Source of the DNA: Mytilus trossulus
Lineage: Eukaryota
Reading direction: 5' to 3'
Length of the DNA: 64,000 bases
NCBI RefSeq assembly: GCF_036588685.1
Contig: NC_086384.1
Coordinates: 7,564,001 to 7,628,000, forward strand
Shown here: one piece after another, positions 47,238 through 59,410 of the stretch
Layout of the letters: each line of letters starts with the position of its first letter
How positions within the stretch are numbered: the first letter of the stretch is position 1
The notes under the pieces: model-generated
What the model saw: the letters and a program-made list of their open reading frames with translations, nothing else
The model's database searches: none
What the model was told of the DNA's origin: nothing
Program-made: the position numbers and the translations under genes

Positions 47238-49845
47238 CGTTACTTTTATCACATTTTTCAAAGCAATTATGACATGGCAAAGCTCCACTATAAAAAAAAA
47301 AGTAAAAACACAAAAATACTGAACTCCGAGGAAAATCCAAAAAGGATAGTCCAAAATATGAAAGAAACATTACTATTTTGGAGTAAAGCCAATCACAACT
47401 TAGAATTATTGCGTTTTTGTATTGCAATATTCATGTTTTAGATAAAAGATGTGGTGTGATTTTTTTTAACGACACCAAATACCGTAAATTTATTAAATAT
47501 TATCAAAAATAATTACTGCTTGCAATTTTATGTAATTTTTTTGTAGCCGGACCCCCATTCCTCCCGAAGTCGCATATTATATGACAAACGACCCACATTT
47601 AACATGTCACATGCAACGCCATGGGTGGTGGATTGGCGGGCCCATCTCATTTGTGTTTAAAAAATTCAGGATTTCAGTGATAGTCGCCAGTTGCTAATCT
47701 TTTTTTCCTGTCTTGCCTTCAATAGTTTTGTGTTTTTTTCTGTGATTATGGCGTCTTGTCGACCTTGCATACTGGTTTTTTCATCTTTATCTTAAATATC
47801 GATGTATTACAACCATGCAGAACTATATTTCAACAGAAAGCATGCAGGCTGTGTGCCGCATAAAATATGCGTGTCTCATTTAAAAAAAAACATTTCATGG
47901 TCAGAAAACTTTCAATTTGTCTGTTTCTGTCAAGATTGGCCATTGCGACATATTTCGATGATTGATTGGTTAGTTTACGTCCAGTGAAAAAGCAACAGAA
48001 ATGTTTGTTATCGCAAACGTTGTATAATTTGCTGAAATATTCTTGACACTTAATACAAATAAAAAGGCCAAATCCAACAAATGTGTCCGACCATCAGAAT
48101 TAAAAGAAATAAAAAAAAGAGAGTAAACATCGTAGAGGTCAAATTTTCCAAAATGATGACGCAATTTGGCATTTGCCAATCAGTTTTAAATCAACAACTA
48201 TATATTTTTATTTTACCTTTTATATAGCAGCTTATAATACCTTTTAAAACACAAAATGAAAGATAGTTTGATATTCTTGATTCACGGTAGTCACTTCCCA
48301 AAAAAACCTTCAAAAACCATTTTTTTTTCTTTTTAAAATTTCTATTTTTTTCTTTATTAAATTTCTTTACTACAATCAGTTGCTTGTTACATTATAACAT
48401 TGCGCGAATTTATACAAAAACATGAAAAATAAATCCATATATAACATTTATAACTATTAAATATAAAACTCGAAATTTTTAAAGACTATGTAATGTCAAA
48501 TGCTCAGTACTGTATTAATGAAGAAACGAAACGTATCAACAATGGACTTTTCATAACCAGTAAATGAACATGTTTATTTAACTCATTCAGCCATCTACAC
48601 CTTCGTTGAGATTATTTTACAAGTTCAGGCGACTTCTCAATTAAAATTCGCGTCAGCGATAACCAAGCTCTTTTAAAACGTACAGACAAAGAGTAAAATT
48701 AGTTTACCGTTCAACAATTGCTGAAAATCAAACTGGTGAATTTCCCGTCAATGCTATCTCAATTCTCTAGAATACAAGTACCAGACAAGTACTTATCTAT
48801 AGATGACTCCCGTATAGGTTGCAGTCTTGTAATTGACTGCTCCATAGGCTTACATGCAAAGCAGTTGATCTTTGAAAATATAAAATATTAAAAATGCTAC
48901 ATAGAAAACAATTTTCATGTTCATATCATGTATGTACTAATGTGAAATTTTGATTTAATCGAAAAAAAAGTAGCTCATGCTACGAAGAATAAAAAGTTAC
49001 GTAATCCTAAAGTCAAAACATTGTTTTTCTACTTTCTGTTTGCTGTTTTTACTAGGCCGCACCACTTCCAGTAAACATGATATCCTTCCGCTTTCCTGGA
49101 TTGATATCCCCAAAAGATGCAAGATTTTTTTAAAGTCCATATTTTTGTTTCAATTCAGCATAAACCTATAATCAAACACAAAAAATAAAGCTAAAAAAAA
49201 ATCAGAAAAAATGCACCATTTTGTTTCCCTCCATGTTTTGACATGCACCGGAAACGCACCGGAAACTGGAGTTAGATACAAGACTGGTACCTATAGATAT
49301 CTTCCGTATGTATACTGCGTTTTATTCATGACTATATACTTTTATTCTAAACTTTTCTTTTACATAAATGTAGTAGTGCTTTTTAATGTTTATATTAACA
49401 AATAAAGACTTGTCTAATATATGTTTTTTTTCCAATATATGAAGCAACAAGATGGGGTATGATCGGCAATTTATGTTCAAAACAAGAATTGAAAACCAAA
49501 TAACAAGTAAAAAAACTCAGGTAAACAATAGGTAAATTCGCGCAAACATTAATGTGTGTCATTTTAAAATCTGCGAAAATATAGGTCGCCACTCTGTCCT
49601 GCCTTTTTCCCCTCTATTCGGTCCTTCATTTTTTAATTAGTTTAGTCTGATTTTTGAATACATAAATTGTCATCATCCCTTTTTTTCCTTCAGACCTCCT
49701 GTCATGCCTTTTTTCAAATTTCATCCTAGCCCTTCCATAATAATCAAATGGCAGCTCCCTTGTTGGTTAAATACAAGTAGCCATTTTGGTTTTTTTAATA
49801 AATGACATAATGACTTGGTTGACTGTTATAAATGGAATACGCATC

Positions 49846-49949
49846 TATAGGAATATCCTTATGATTGTTATTTATTAATTGATTTGTTGTTTCAGATCTC
49901 CATCATTTCTGATGTCAATTAAAGATATAAGAAAACAGTGTTATACTCA
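49846..49949 (+). repeat. 5' LTR (~104 bp, ends …TATACTCA)
   Basis: Matches 57624-57640 plus 58015-58105, and partially 53430-53494. Confidence 0.8.
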
Positions 49950-50003
49950 TTTATGATTGAGATGACTCAACACTTTTGTGAACTATTGACGTAAGATAAC
50001 AAC

Positions 50004-53000
50004 ATGCCTGTCGTGAGGTTCAAAGTACCGGATTGCCAATATAAGACGGATAATCTCGACGCTATTGTGGTTACAGCATTGCTAATAACTTATGCAACAG
50101 TTAACTCCGCAGCCGCTGGTGGTATCGTCTCAGCAAAAGTAGTAAAAGTAAAACATTCAACTGTTGCATCAGCTGGTTCCAGTGAAGATTTAGCAACTAA
50201 GGGCAGTGACAAAGACCTTGTTATTCAGCTACTAGAATGTTGTGATAATACTTTGCGATGAGACATAACAAGATCTGTTGGTGGATCACAAGTTGACAAA
50301 TCTGAACAAGAAGTACATACAGCCATGCGAACTTTGGCAGTGAGAGAAGAAAACACTATGGTAGCACGTGTTTCTTTCCATGGCATGACAAAGGATCGCG
50401 ACGAGACAGTTCGTTTATTTGGAGCCAGACTCAGAAGCCAAGCCAGCGTTGTAAATTGACATTATAATGTACAGGATGTGAACAAAATGTCGACTACACA
50501 GAAGCTATTTTACGTGATGTACTTACCAGTGGACTAAGTGACCCTGATATTCAGTTGGATCTCCTAGGAGACAAAATTCAGAATATGACATTGGAACAAG
50601 TCTTCCTATTCCTTGCGGCCAAGGAAGCCGGTAAGCGTTCTGCATTAAACTTCTTGATCCACATGGCGCTTAAGCTGCCTCTATTTTATGTCGACGAAAA
50701 AGAAATGCCAATGTAGCCAAATAAAAGACACAGAAAATATGATAACACCAAGGTTGATTTATGTGGTTACTGTCGAAAAAATGGACATGGAAAAGTGCTC
50801 CATCTAAAATCAGGCAGAAAGAATGTCCTGCATAAGGACATACTTGCAAAAACTGTGAACACAATTATGAATCCGTATGTCGAAGCAATACCAGTAAGCA
50901 AAAAGTGAAACAAAATAAAATCTGAAAGTGCTGTATTTGATAATTTTTGTGCGGCAACTGTGTCACCTTTAAGGAAAAGAAAAAACCAACTTGGTCATCA
51001 GTTTTATTCGCAGATGTATAACACATGGATTAAACGACCGTCACAACCCCAGCCGTTCATCAACATAGTTGTTAAAGTTTTGGAAGATGATTACAAGCAG
51101 CTTTGTTTTCAAAACTCTTTAGTGTGTCAACAGAGAAGTACAGTCATCCCTGCAATTGCTGACACTGGTTTTCAAAGTTGTCTTGCTGTGATCAAAGTGC
51201 TTTACAAAATTGGATTAACAAAACGTGACCTAATTCCGGTAAATATGCAGATGCATGCCGCTAACAATAAAGGCATTGTTATACTTGGGGCCGTCCATCT
51301 CAGACTATAAGGAAAGGACCAAGATAAGAACGAACTAGAAACTAGGCAAATTGTGTATATCACAGACAGCTCAGACAAATATTTCTTGTCAAAGAAACTT
51401 ACATTACACTTGGTATAATATCAGAGAACTTTCCTACTATTGGTGAAATTACCGGAAGCGTCACTGATATCTCCGCACTGAAAAACGATATGAACAGGTT
51501 AAAAACACAAATTGACTGCAACTGTCCAAAGAGGCAATCACCTCCTCCGATACCTGTGAAACTTCGGTTCCCACCCATAGAGGAGAACGTATCGAAATTC
51601 CAAAACTTTCTACTGGAACACTACAAGTCTAGCACTATTAATACTTGTGAACATCAACCACTATCACTTATTGAAGGTCCACCTTTGGAACTAATGATTG
51701 ACCCTAATGCAATATGAAATTGAGAATGGAAATGGGGAATGTGTCAAAGAGACCACAACCCGACCATAGAAAAAACAACAGCAGAAGGTCACCAACATGT
51801 CTTCAATGTAGCTAGAAATTCCCGCAACCGGAGGCGTCCTTCAGCTAGGCCCCTAAACAAATATATATTAGTTCAGTGATAATGAACGCCATACTAATTT
51901 CCAAATTGTACACAATAAACTAAAATTAAAATAATACAAGACTAAGAAAGGCCAGAGGCTCCTGACTTGGGACAGGCGCACAAATGCGGTGGGGTTAAAC
52001 ATGTTTATGAGATCTCAACCCTCCCCCTATACCTTTGGTCGATGTAGAAAAGTGAATGCATAACAATACGCACATTTAAAATTCAATTCAAGAGAAGTCC
52101 GAGTCTGATGTCAGAAGATGTAACCAAAGAAAATAAACAAAATGACAATAGCACATAAATAACAACAGACTACTAGCAGGTAACTGACATGCCAGCTCTA
52201 GACTTCAATTAAACTGATTGAAAGATTATGATTTCATCATATGAATATCAGGCACCATCCTTCGCGTTAGGGGTTTAGTATCATAACATATATGAGAAGA
52301 ACATAACCCGTGTCTTGCCAACAACTGTTTTTTTTAATAAATTTGTTTAGTTCCGATGCAAAGACCCTATAAGTGAATCAATATCAACGCCAAAATATGC
52401 AATCTTTAATGACCTGACAGCAGTATCGTAACTATATCCCTTCTTGATAAGTCTATTTAAAGGTTTTGTTAGTTTCTGAGGTGAATACTGACATTTTTGC
52501 GTTTTATAAAGAATATTTCCATAAAAAACACCACTTGCATGTCGTACTCCTGTTCCAGTTCCCTTGCACTGGCAGGAAGACGTGAAAGCTTTATTGGATC
52601 AAGACTCCAGGCTTGGTGATATAGAGCCCGTTCCAGTCGGCGAACCTATAACGTGGTGTCATCATATGGTTATATGTTTTAAAAAGAATGAAAAATCGAG
52701 ACTCACAGTAGATTGTCAGGCTATCAACGCTCACGCTATAAGGGAAACACATCATACACAATCTTCTTTTCATCAGGCAATATCAGTGGCTCGAGATGGT
52801 TACACAAGAAGGTTCGACGAGATTGTGGCCGATGTGCCACACAAGATATAATGTGTCGACGATACTCTTCTGTGGTCTGATGATATTAAGGAAAGTTTCG
52901 GTCAAGCTTGTCATTGGTTGGAGATTTGTGGAAAACATGGAATAACTTTAAACCCAGAAAAATTCCACTTCGCACAAGATACAGTTGAGTTTGCTGGCTT

Positions 53001-53436
53001 CGAAATAACAAACGATAGTGTGCGCCCTTGCTAAAAATACCTGCAAGCAATATTGGATTTCCCTACACCAAAAAACATAACAGACGTTCGATCGTGGTTT
53101 GGCCATGTCAATCAGGTTTTGTATGCATTTAGTATGGCCGATTGCTTAAAACCATTTCGTCAATTGATCAAACCTGTACGCCATTTCTTTGGGATAATCA
53201 GCTGCAAACTCTCTTTCAAGAAACAATGACAGTATTTGTTAGCGAAATCGATGAAAAAGTACGCATATTTGATAAATCCAAACCGACTGGTCAAAATCCG
53301 GACTTGAAATGCCAAAAGCTTCTACCATTCTGTTGTAACGAGGGTTGGAAAATTTCACTGGTAGACAGTCGCTTAACTCATGGTGCTGAATCACGGTATA
53401 CTCCAGTGGGTAGAGGTTGAAGCTTTAGCTGTTGTT
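50004..53436 (+). pseudogene. Gypsy gag-pol copy 1 (gag, protease, partial RT, RNase H start)
   Basis: ORF fragments at 50004, 50960, 51490, 52564 and 53142; disrupted reading frames. Confidence 0.88.
51713..52528. mobile_element. ~816 bp dispersed element inserted into Gypsy pol (AATTGAGAATGGAAATGGGGAATGTGTCAAAGAGAC family)
   Basis: Splits CCTAATGCAA|CACCA, which is contiguous in copy 2 (~54757-54771). The same terminus occurs at ~41490 and ~62700. Inserted at AA/TT with no clear TSD. Confidence 0.85.
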
Positions 53437-53549
53437 TCCGATCTCCATAATTTCTGATGTCAATTAAAGATATAAGAAAACATTGTTATACTCATGATAT
53501 ATGATGGAAATGACCTAACACTTTTGAGAACTATTGACATAACATTACA

Positions 53550-56500
53550 ACAGGCCTGCAGTGAAATGCCCAGTACCGGATTGACAATATGAGACAGATT
53601 ATCTCGACGCTGTTGTGGTTGCAGCATGCTAACAACTCAGTTCACTCCGCAGCCGCTGGCGCCATTTTTTCAGCAATTGTAGAAAACGTAAAACGTCAAA
53701 CTGTTGCATCAGCTGGTTCCAGTGAAGATTGGACATACTTTGTCTCTCGATGGAAAGATTACATACAATCAACTAAGGTCAGTGACACAGACTTTCTTAT
53801 TTAGCTACTTGAATGTTGTGATGAATCTGTGCGACGAGACATTACAAGATCTGTTAATGGATCACTAGTTGATAAATCTGAACAAGAAGTACTTGCAGCC
53901 ATGCGAACTCTGGCAGTGAGTGAAGAAAACACGATGGTAGCACGTGTCATGACACAGGATCGCGACGAGACAGTTCGTTCATTTGGAGCCAGATTCAGAG
54001 GCCAAGCCAGCATTTGTAAATTCACATTTTTATGTACAGGATGTGAACAAAAAATCGACTACACAGAAGCTATTTTACGTGATGTACTTACCCGTGGACT
54101 AAGTGAACCTGATATTCAGTTAGATATGTTAGGAGACAAAATCAGGATATGACACTGGAACAAGTCTTCCAATTCCATGAGGCCAAGGAAGCCGGTAAGC
54201 GTTATGCATCACGCCTTCTTGGCCCACATGTCGTTAAAGCCGCCTCTAGATCATTTTGTCGAAAAAGAAATGCCAATGTAGCAAAAGACCAAAAAAAATG
54301 ATAACACAAAGGTTTATTTATGTGAATACTGTGGAAAAAAGGGACTTGGAAAAAGTCAGACAGACAGAATGTCCTGCATACGGACATACTTGCAAAAACT
54401 GTGAACGTGAAAACCATTATGAATCCGTATGTCAAAGCAATACCAGTAAGCCAAAAGTGAAACAAAATGAAGAATCTGAAAGTGCTGTATTTGATTCTCC
54501 TTGTGCGGCAACTGTGTCTCTTTTAGAGAAAAGAACCATCCAACTTGATCATCATATTTATTCGCAGATGTATAACACATGGATTAAACGACTATTACGT
54601 CCAAAGAGGCAATTTCCTCCTCCAATACCAGTGAAACTTCCGTTCCTACCTACAAAGGAGAACGTTCCTAAACTCCAAAACTTTCTACTTGAACACTACA
54701 AGTCAAGCACTTTTAATACTGGTAAACATTAACCACTACCACATATGGAAGGTCCACCTAATGCAACACCAGTTGCATGTCATTTTCCTGTTCCCTTACA
54801 CGGACAGAATGACGAGTCGGCGAACCTGTAACATGGTGTCATCGTACTATGGTTATATGTTCTAAAAAGAGTGGAAAATCAAGACGCACAGTAGGTTTTC
54901 AGAATCTCAACGCTCACGCAATAAAGGAAACACATCATACACAATCTCCTTTCCATTAGACAAGATCAGTGCCTCGAGTCAAGAAAAAGTCTGTATTTGA
55001 CGCTTGGAATGGTTACCTCAGTTTATCCATCAGAGAAGAAGACCGACATCTTACCACCTTTATCACTCTATGGGGAAGATACAGGTACAAGACTGCTCCG
55101 ATGTGCCACACAAGACTAAATGTGTCGACGATACTCGTCTGTTGGCTGATGATATTGAGGAAAGTTTTGTTCAAGTTTGTCATTGGTTGGATCTTTGTGG
55201 AAAACATAATATAACTTTTTAAACCCAGAAAATTCCACTTCGCACAAGATACAGTTGAGTTTGCTGGATTCGAAATAACAAACGATAGTATGCGTCCTTG
55301 CAAAACATACCTGCAAGCAATATTGGATTTCCCTACACCAAGGACATACCGTAACAGACGTTCGATCGTGGTTTGGCCATGTCAATCAGGTTTTGTATGC
55401 ATTTAGTATGGCCGATTGCTTCAAACCATTTCGTCAATTGATCAAACCTTGGACACCATTTCGTTGGGATAATCAGCTGGAAACTCTCTTTCAAGAAACA
55501 AAGACCGTATATTTTAGCGAAATCGATGAAAAAGTACGCATATTTGATAAATCCAAACCGACTGGTCAAAATCCGGACTTGAAATGCCAAAAGCTTCTAC
55601 CATTCTGTTGTAACGAGGGTTGGAAAATTTCACTGGTAGACAGTCGCTTAACTCATGGTGCTGAATCACGGTATACTCCAGTAGGTAGAGGTTGAAGCTT
55701 TATCTGTTGTTGACGCACTGGATAAAGCCAGGTACTTCGTTCTTGGTTGTGAAGAACTTGTTATTGCCGAAGAACTACTCAAAATATTTGGTGACAGATC
55801 ACTTAACCGAATTTCAAACACCAGGCTACGAAACTTCAAAGAAAAAACATTGCGTTACAAGTTCAAAATGATGCATGTCCCAGGAGCAAAGCATCGTGCT
55901 GTCGATACCGTTTCGCGGAACGAATAATTCAGAGGAACTCAAGTTAAAAGATGACAAAGCATCTTTTCCTCAATCGTGAAAGACGATTGTTGTGATGCAT
56001 GTTCAGATGAAGAACTTCAACTGGCCGCAGCCTCGTCAATAAACACCTCACAATCAATCACCTGGAACATGGTACGTGTTTCTACCAACAGTAACGATGA
56101 TATGGTTAAACTGGTAGAAATAATCGAGAATGGAATGCCTGAATTCCGTCACAAAATGCCCACCGAGCTTCGCGAATTCTTCCAATTTCGAGAGGACCCC
56201 TACACAGTAGAAGGTGTAGTCATGTATAAAGATCGCATCGTAATTTCTCATGCATTCTGCACAAATGTCTTGACAATACTCCACTCAGCACACCAAGGTA
56301 TAACATCAATGATGTCAAGAGCAGAATCGTCAGTGTTTTGGCCTGGAATAACCCCAGATATAACTACTCTACGTAATGAGTGTTATCAATGCAATCGAAT
56401 GGCGCCATCACAACCACCTGTGTACCGAGATTATCTTTTCCAATGTGTGTGCGCTGGTTTTTTCCATTATACAGGCGTCAATTACCTAGTGGTCGTAGGC

Positions 56501-57280
56501 AGATATTCTAACTGGCCAATCATTGAGAGGGCCCACAATGGTGCCCAAGGTCTAATTGACTGTGTACGAAGAACATTTATTACCTACGGGATACCCGATG
56601 AGTTATCTTCAGACGGAAGACCAGAATTTACTGCCTCTACAACAAGACAATTCCTTAAAGTATGGGGAGTGCATCACCGCCGGTCATCGGTTGCTTTTCC
56701 GCATAGTAATTGCAGAGCTGAAGTTGGCGTAAAAACAGTCAAACGTTTAATCACTGATAACACTGGACCAAACGGTGAACTTGAAACAACGAACAATTCT
56801 ACAATATCGCAATACACCTGATAGAGAAACAAGATTATCGCCAGCTAAGTGTGTTTTTGGACGCCATATTCGTGATTTCTAGTAATTCTTTCTGAAGTAG
56901 CCGGAAAACTTTCCGTACACACAAAACAAGTACCTCCATTGACTATTGGCGACCATGTCCGAATCCAGAATCAAATTGGTGCGAATCCATTGAAATGGGA
57001 CAAAACAGGACAAGTTATTGAAGTAAGACAATTTGACCAATATGTAATACGGGTTGATGGATCGGGTAGACTTACCCTTCGCAAAAGAAAATTTATTCGG
57101 AAAAACGAACCAGTGAACAAATACCCAGAAAGGATATCAATTAACACTGATTTGAATTTAAAAGCCAAACAAATAAAGCCAGTGTTACATAAATCATCTC
57201 CTAAGGGAAAAACAAAGCTCTCTATAGCTTCCTGTGCAGAAAAGAATGTGCTCACTGAAGACTTGTCTATTCTTCATTAG
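53550..57280 (+). pseudogene. Gypsy gag-pol copy 2 (gag, protease deleted, RT, RNase H, integrase)
   Basis: ORF fragments at 53589-57280; integrase 55976-56821 with the first catalytic Asp mutated (CAGFF). Confidence 0.9.
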
Positions 57281-57623
57281 ATGAACAGAATTACGAGGAT
57301 CGAGACTCCTGTCAAAATGAGTCACACCCTACGGATATCGCGTAGAATCATTCACACCTACCAAACGTGCCAACAGCAACACTCCGTTGGATTTGACACA
57401 AACTAATTCTTCGCCGCCTAAAGAAGCTTCAACTCCAATCAAACATTCCAGTCGTCAAAGAAAAGAACCGTTATGACTCCAAGGTTACGAACATCAGTTT
57501 GAACAATACATTGTATATTAACACTGTGCTAATAAACTAGATCAACAGAGATGTCTTCTATTAATCAGTCATCGTTATATTTCAAATGGACATACCAATG
57601 ACTTGTCCTAAGTTGTGGGCGGA

Positions 57624-58105
57624 TTAAGAAATATCCTTATATGAAAAAGAAGGTGTGGTATGATTGCCAATGAGACAACTATCCACAAAAGACCAAAATG
57701 ACAAACATTAACAACTATAGGTCACCGTACGGCATTCAACAATGAGCAAAACCCATACCGCATAGTCAGCTATAAAAGGCCCCGATAAGACAATACAAAA
57801 CAAACCAAACGAGAAAACTAACGGCCTTATTTATGTAAAAAAAAAATGAAAGAAAAACAAAAATGTAACACATAAACAAACGACAACCACTAAATTAAAG
57901 GCTCCTGGCTTGGGACAGGCACATACATAAGTAATGTGGTTCAACATGTTAGCTGGATCACAACCCTTCTCTAATCTGGGACAGTGTATAACATTACAAC
58001 ATAAGAACGAACTTTTATGATTGTTATTAATAAATTGATTTGTTGTTTCAGGTCTCCATCATTTCTGATGTCAATTAAAGATATCAGAAAACAGTGTTAT
58101 ACTCA
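57624..58105 (+). repeat. 3' LTR interrupted by a family-A repeat (57641-58014)
   Basis: A degenerate G-rich PPT (…GTGGGCGGA) precedes it; the LTR halves flank the insertion, with TTAT on both sides. Confidence 0.78.
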
Positions 58106-58602
58106 TTTAATATCTTTCTTTGATTATCACGGAAACTTGTAGAGGCCACAATCTTTGTGACATCACTGAAAGTGACTATCAATCTTCTTTTTTTTCAAAG
58201 AGCATTCACAGGCTGTCACTATTGGAGCGTATGCTGCTTACCCAACAGGAGATCACGAGCTGAGTGCCCGTTTTTTGTGTGTTTGCGGTACAGTTATCTG
58301 TATAATGTTTTGTGAAAATTGGTCTTCTTTTTATCGTTTGTATACCCACAACTCCTGTATTATCTAGTTTAATAAACGATAAGGAAATTAACATTTTTTT
58401 CCCATCTTTTATGTTGAATAATTGCAATGCATTTTGCAATACGTTTTAGTCGCATGTTTTTATAGAATTTTGTATGTTTCTTTGTTTTTAGTTACCTTGA
58501 GTTTGAGCCGTTAGGAAACATCAAACTGTGGTATCTTTCTTTACTGTTGTTTCACACCAATCGACTAGTCACTCTAGTCTGGTAATATCGCGATTATTAT
58601 AT

Positions 58603-58745
58603 TTAAGAATTGAATGCTTCTTTTTTAAAATTTATTGGGGTGTAAAAGCGTTGACCGAAGTACATTTTGTATGAAGCGCGGGCTTCATTCTAAAAATGTA
58701 CGCACGGTCAACGCTTTTACAACCCTATAAAGTTACAAAAAGATA
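58603..58745. mobile_element. Palindromic MITE (second half-copy at ~39650-39730)
   Basis: GGGGTGTAAAAGCGTTGACCG…TACATTTT…TGAAGC / GCTTCA…AAAATGTAC…CGGTCAACGCTTTTACAACCC hairpin. Confidence 0.75.
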
Positions 58746-58929
58746 TAATTACATTTTTTAGCTAGGGTCATGAAAACACGATTTTTATTCAGTTTTATTT
58801 AATTCACCTGTGCACTTTATTGTGGGACCTCGTGTCTTCATGCATGATAAATGTTATTGTCTGATGCAATTGTTTACGGAATAACCTGTGATGTGCTGTT
58901 AGCCAATCAGAATAACGTACATCTAATGT

Positions 58930-59410
58930 AATTATTGTTTGATATTGTTAGTGTTGTTATTTTATATCATTATTTTGAAAATGTTATAATTTTCTCTGAT
59001 TAGTGTTTTGTTTGCTGTTGATAGTTTATTGATTTTCTATTTAGTGTTTTATTGGCTTTTATGAGTGTTATGATTTTCTGATAAGCGTTTTGTCGACTTG
59101 TTTGTCATTTGTTCTATAATAGTGTTAGTTTACTGTCGAATGTGCTTTTGTTTTCTGATTAGAGTTGTTGACTTCTGTTTGTTTTGTCATCATCTGATAA
59201 GTATTTTATTGGCTATTGCAAGAGTTGTCATTTTCTCTTATTAGTGTTTTGTTTGTTGTTGCTAGTGGTTTTTTTTATCTAATGATGAGTGTTGTATTGG
59301 CTAATGCAAGTGCTGTCATTTTTTCTTATTCTTGTTTTGCTTGCTGTTATAATTGTTTTCATTTCTGTTGATTATTTAAATGTTATAAATTTTTTATTGG
59401 TCATGGTGTT
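58930..59410. repeat. Highly degenerate ~40 bp T-rich tandem repeat
   Basis: Recurring TTTTCTCTGATTAGTGTTTTGTTTGCTGTTG-like units. Confidence 0.5.

Larger units (their letters stand above)
49846..58105 (+). mobile_element. Decayed Ty3/Gypsy LTR retrotransposon with internal tandem duplication and nested insertions
   Basis: Gag (MPVVRFKVPDC…, QDRDETVRSFGARFRGQA, CPAYGHTCKNC…NH); protease ADTGFQSC; RT KCVDD; RNase H ESRY.P…EALAV; integrase HSAHQG…C..C, SDG.PEF, AEVGVK. Order is PR-RT-RH-IN; many stops and frameshifts. Confidence 0.92.

Noticed and set aside
49841-58114. Target-site duplication of the Gypsy element
   Set aside because: Flanks GCATC versus TTTAA (or ATATC if the LTR is extended by 4 bp) do not match convincingly.
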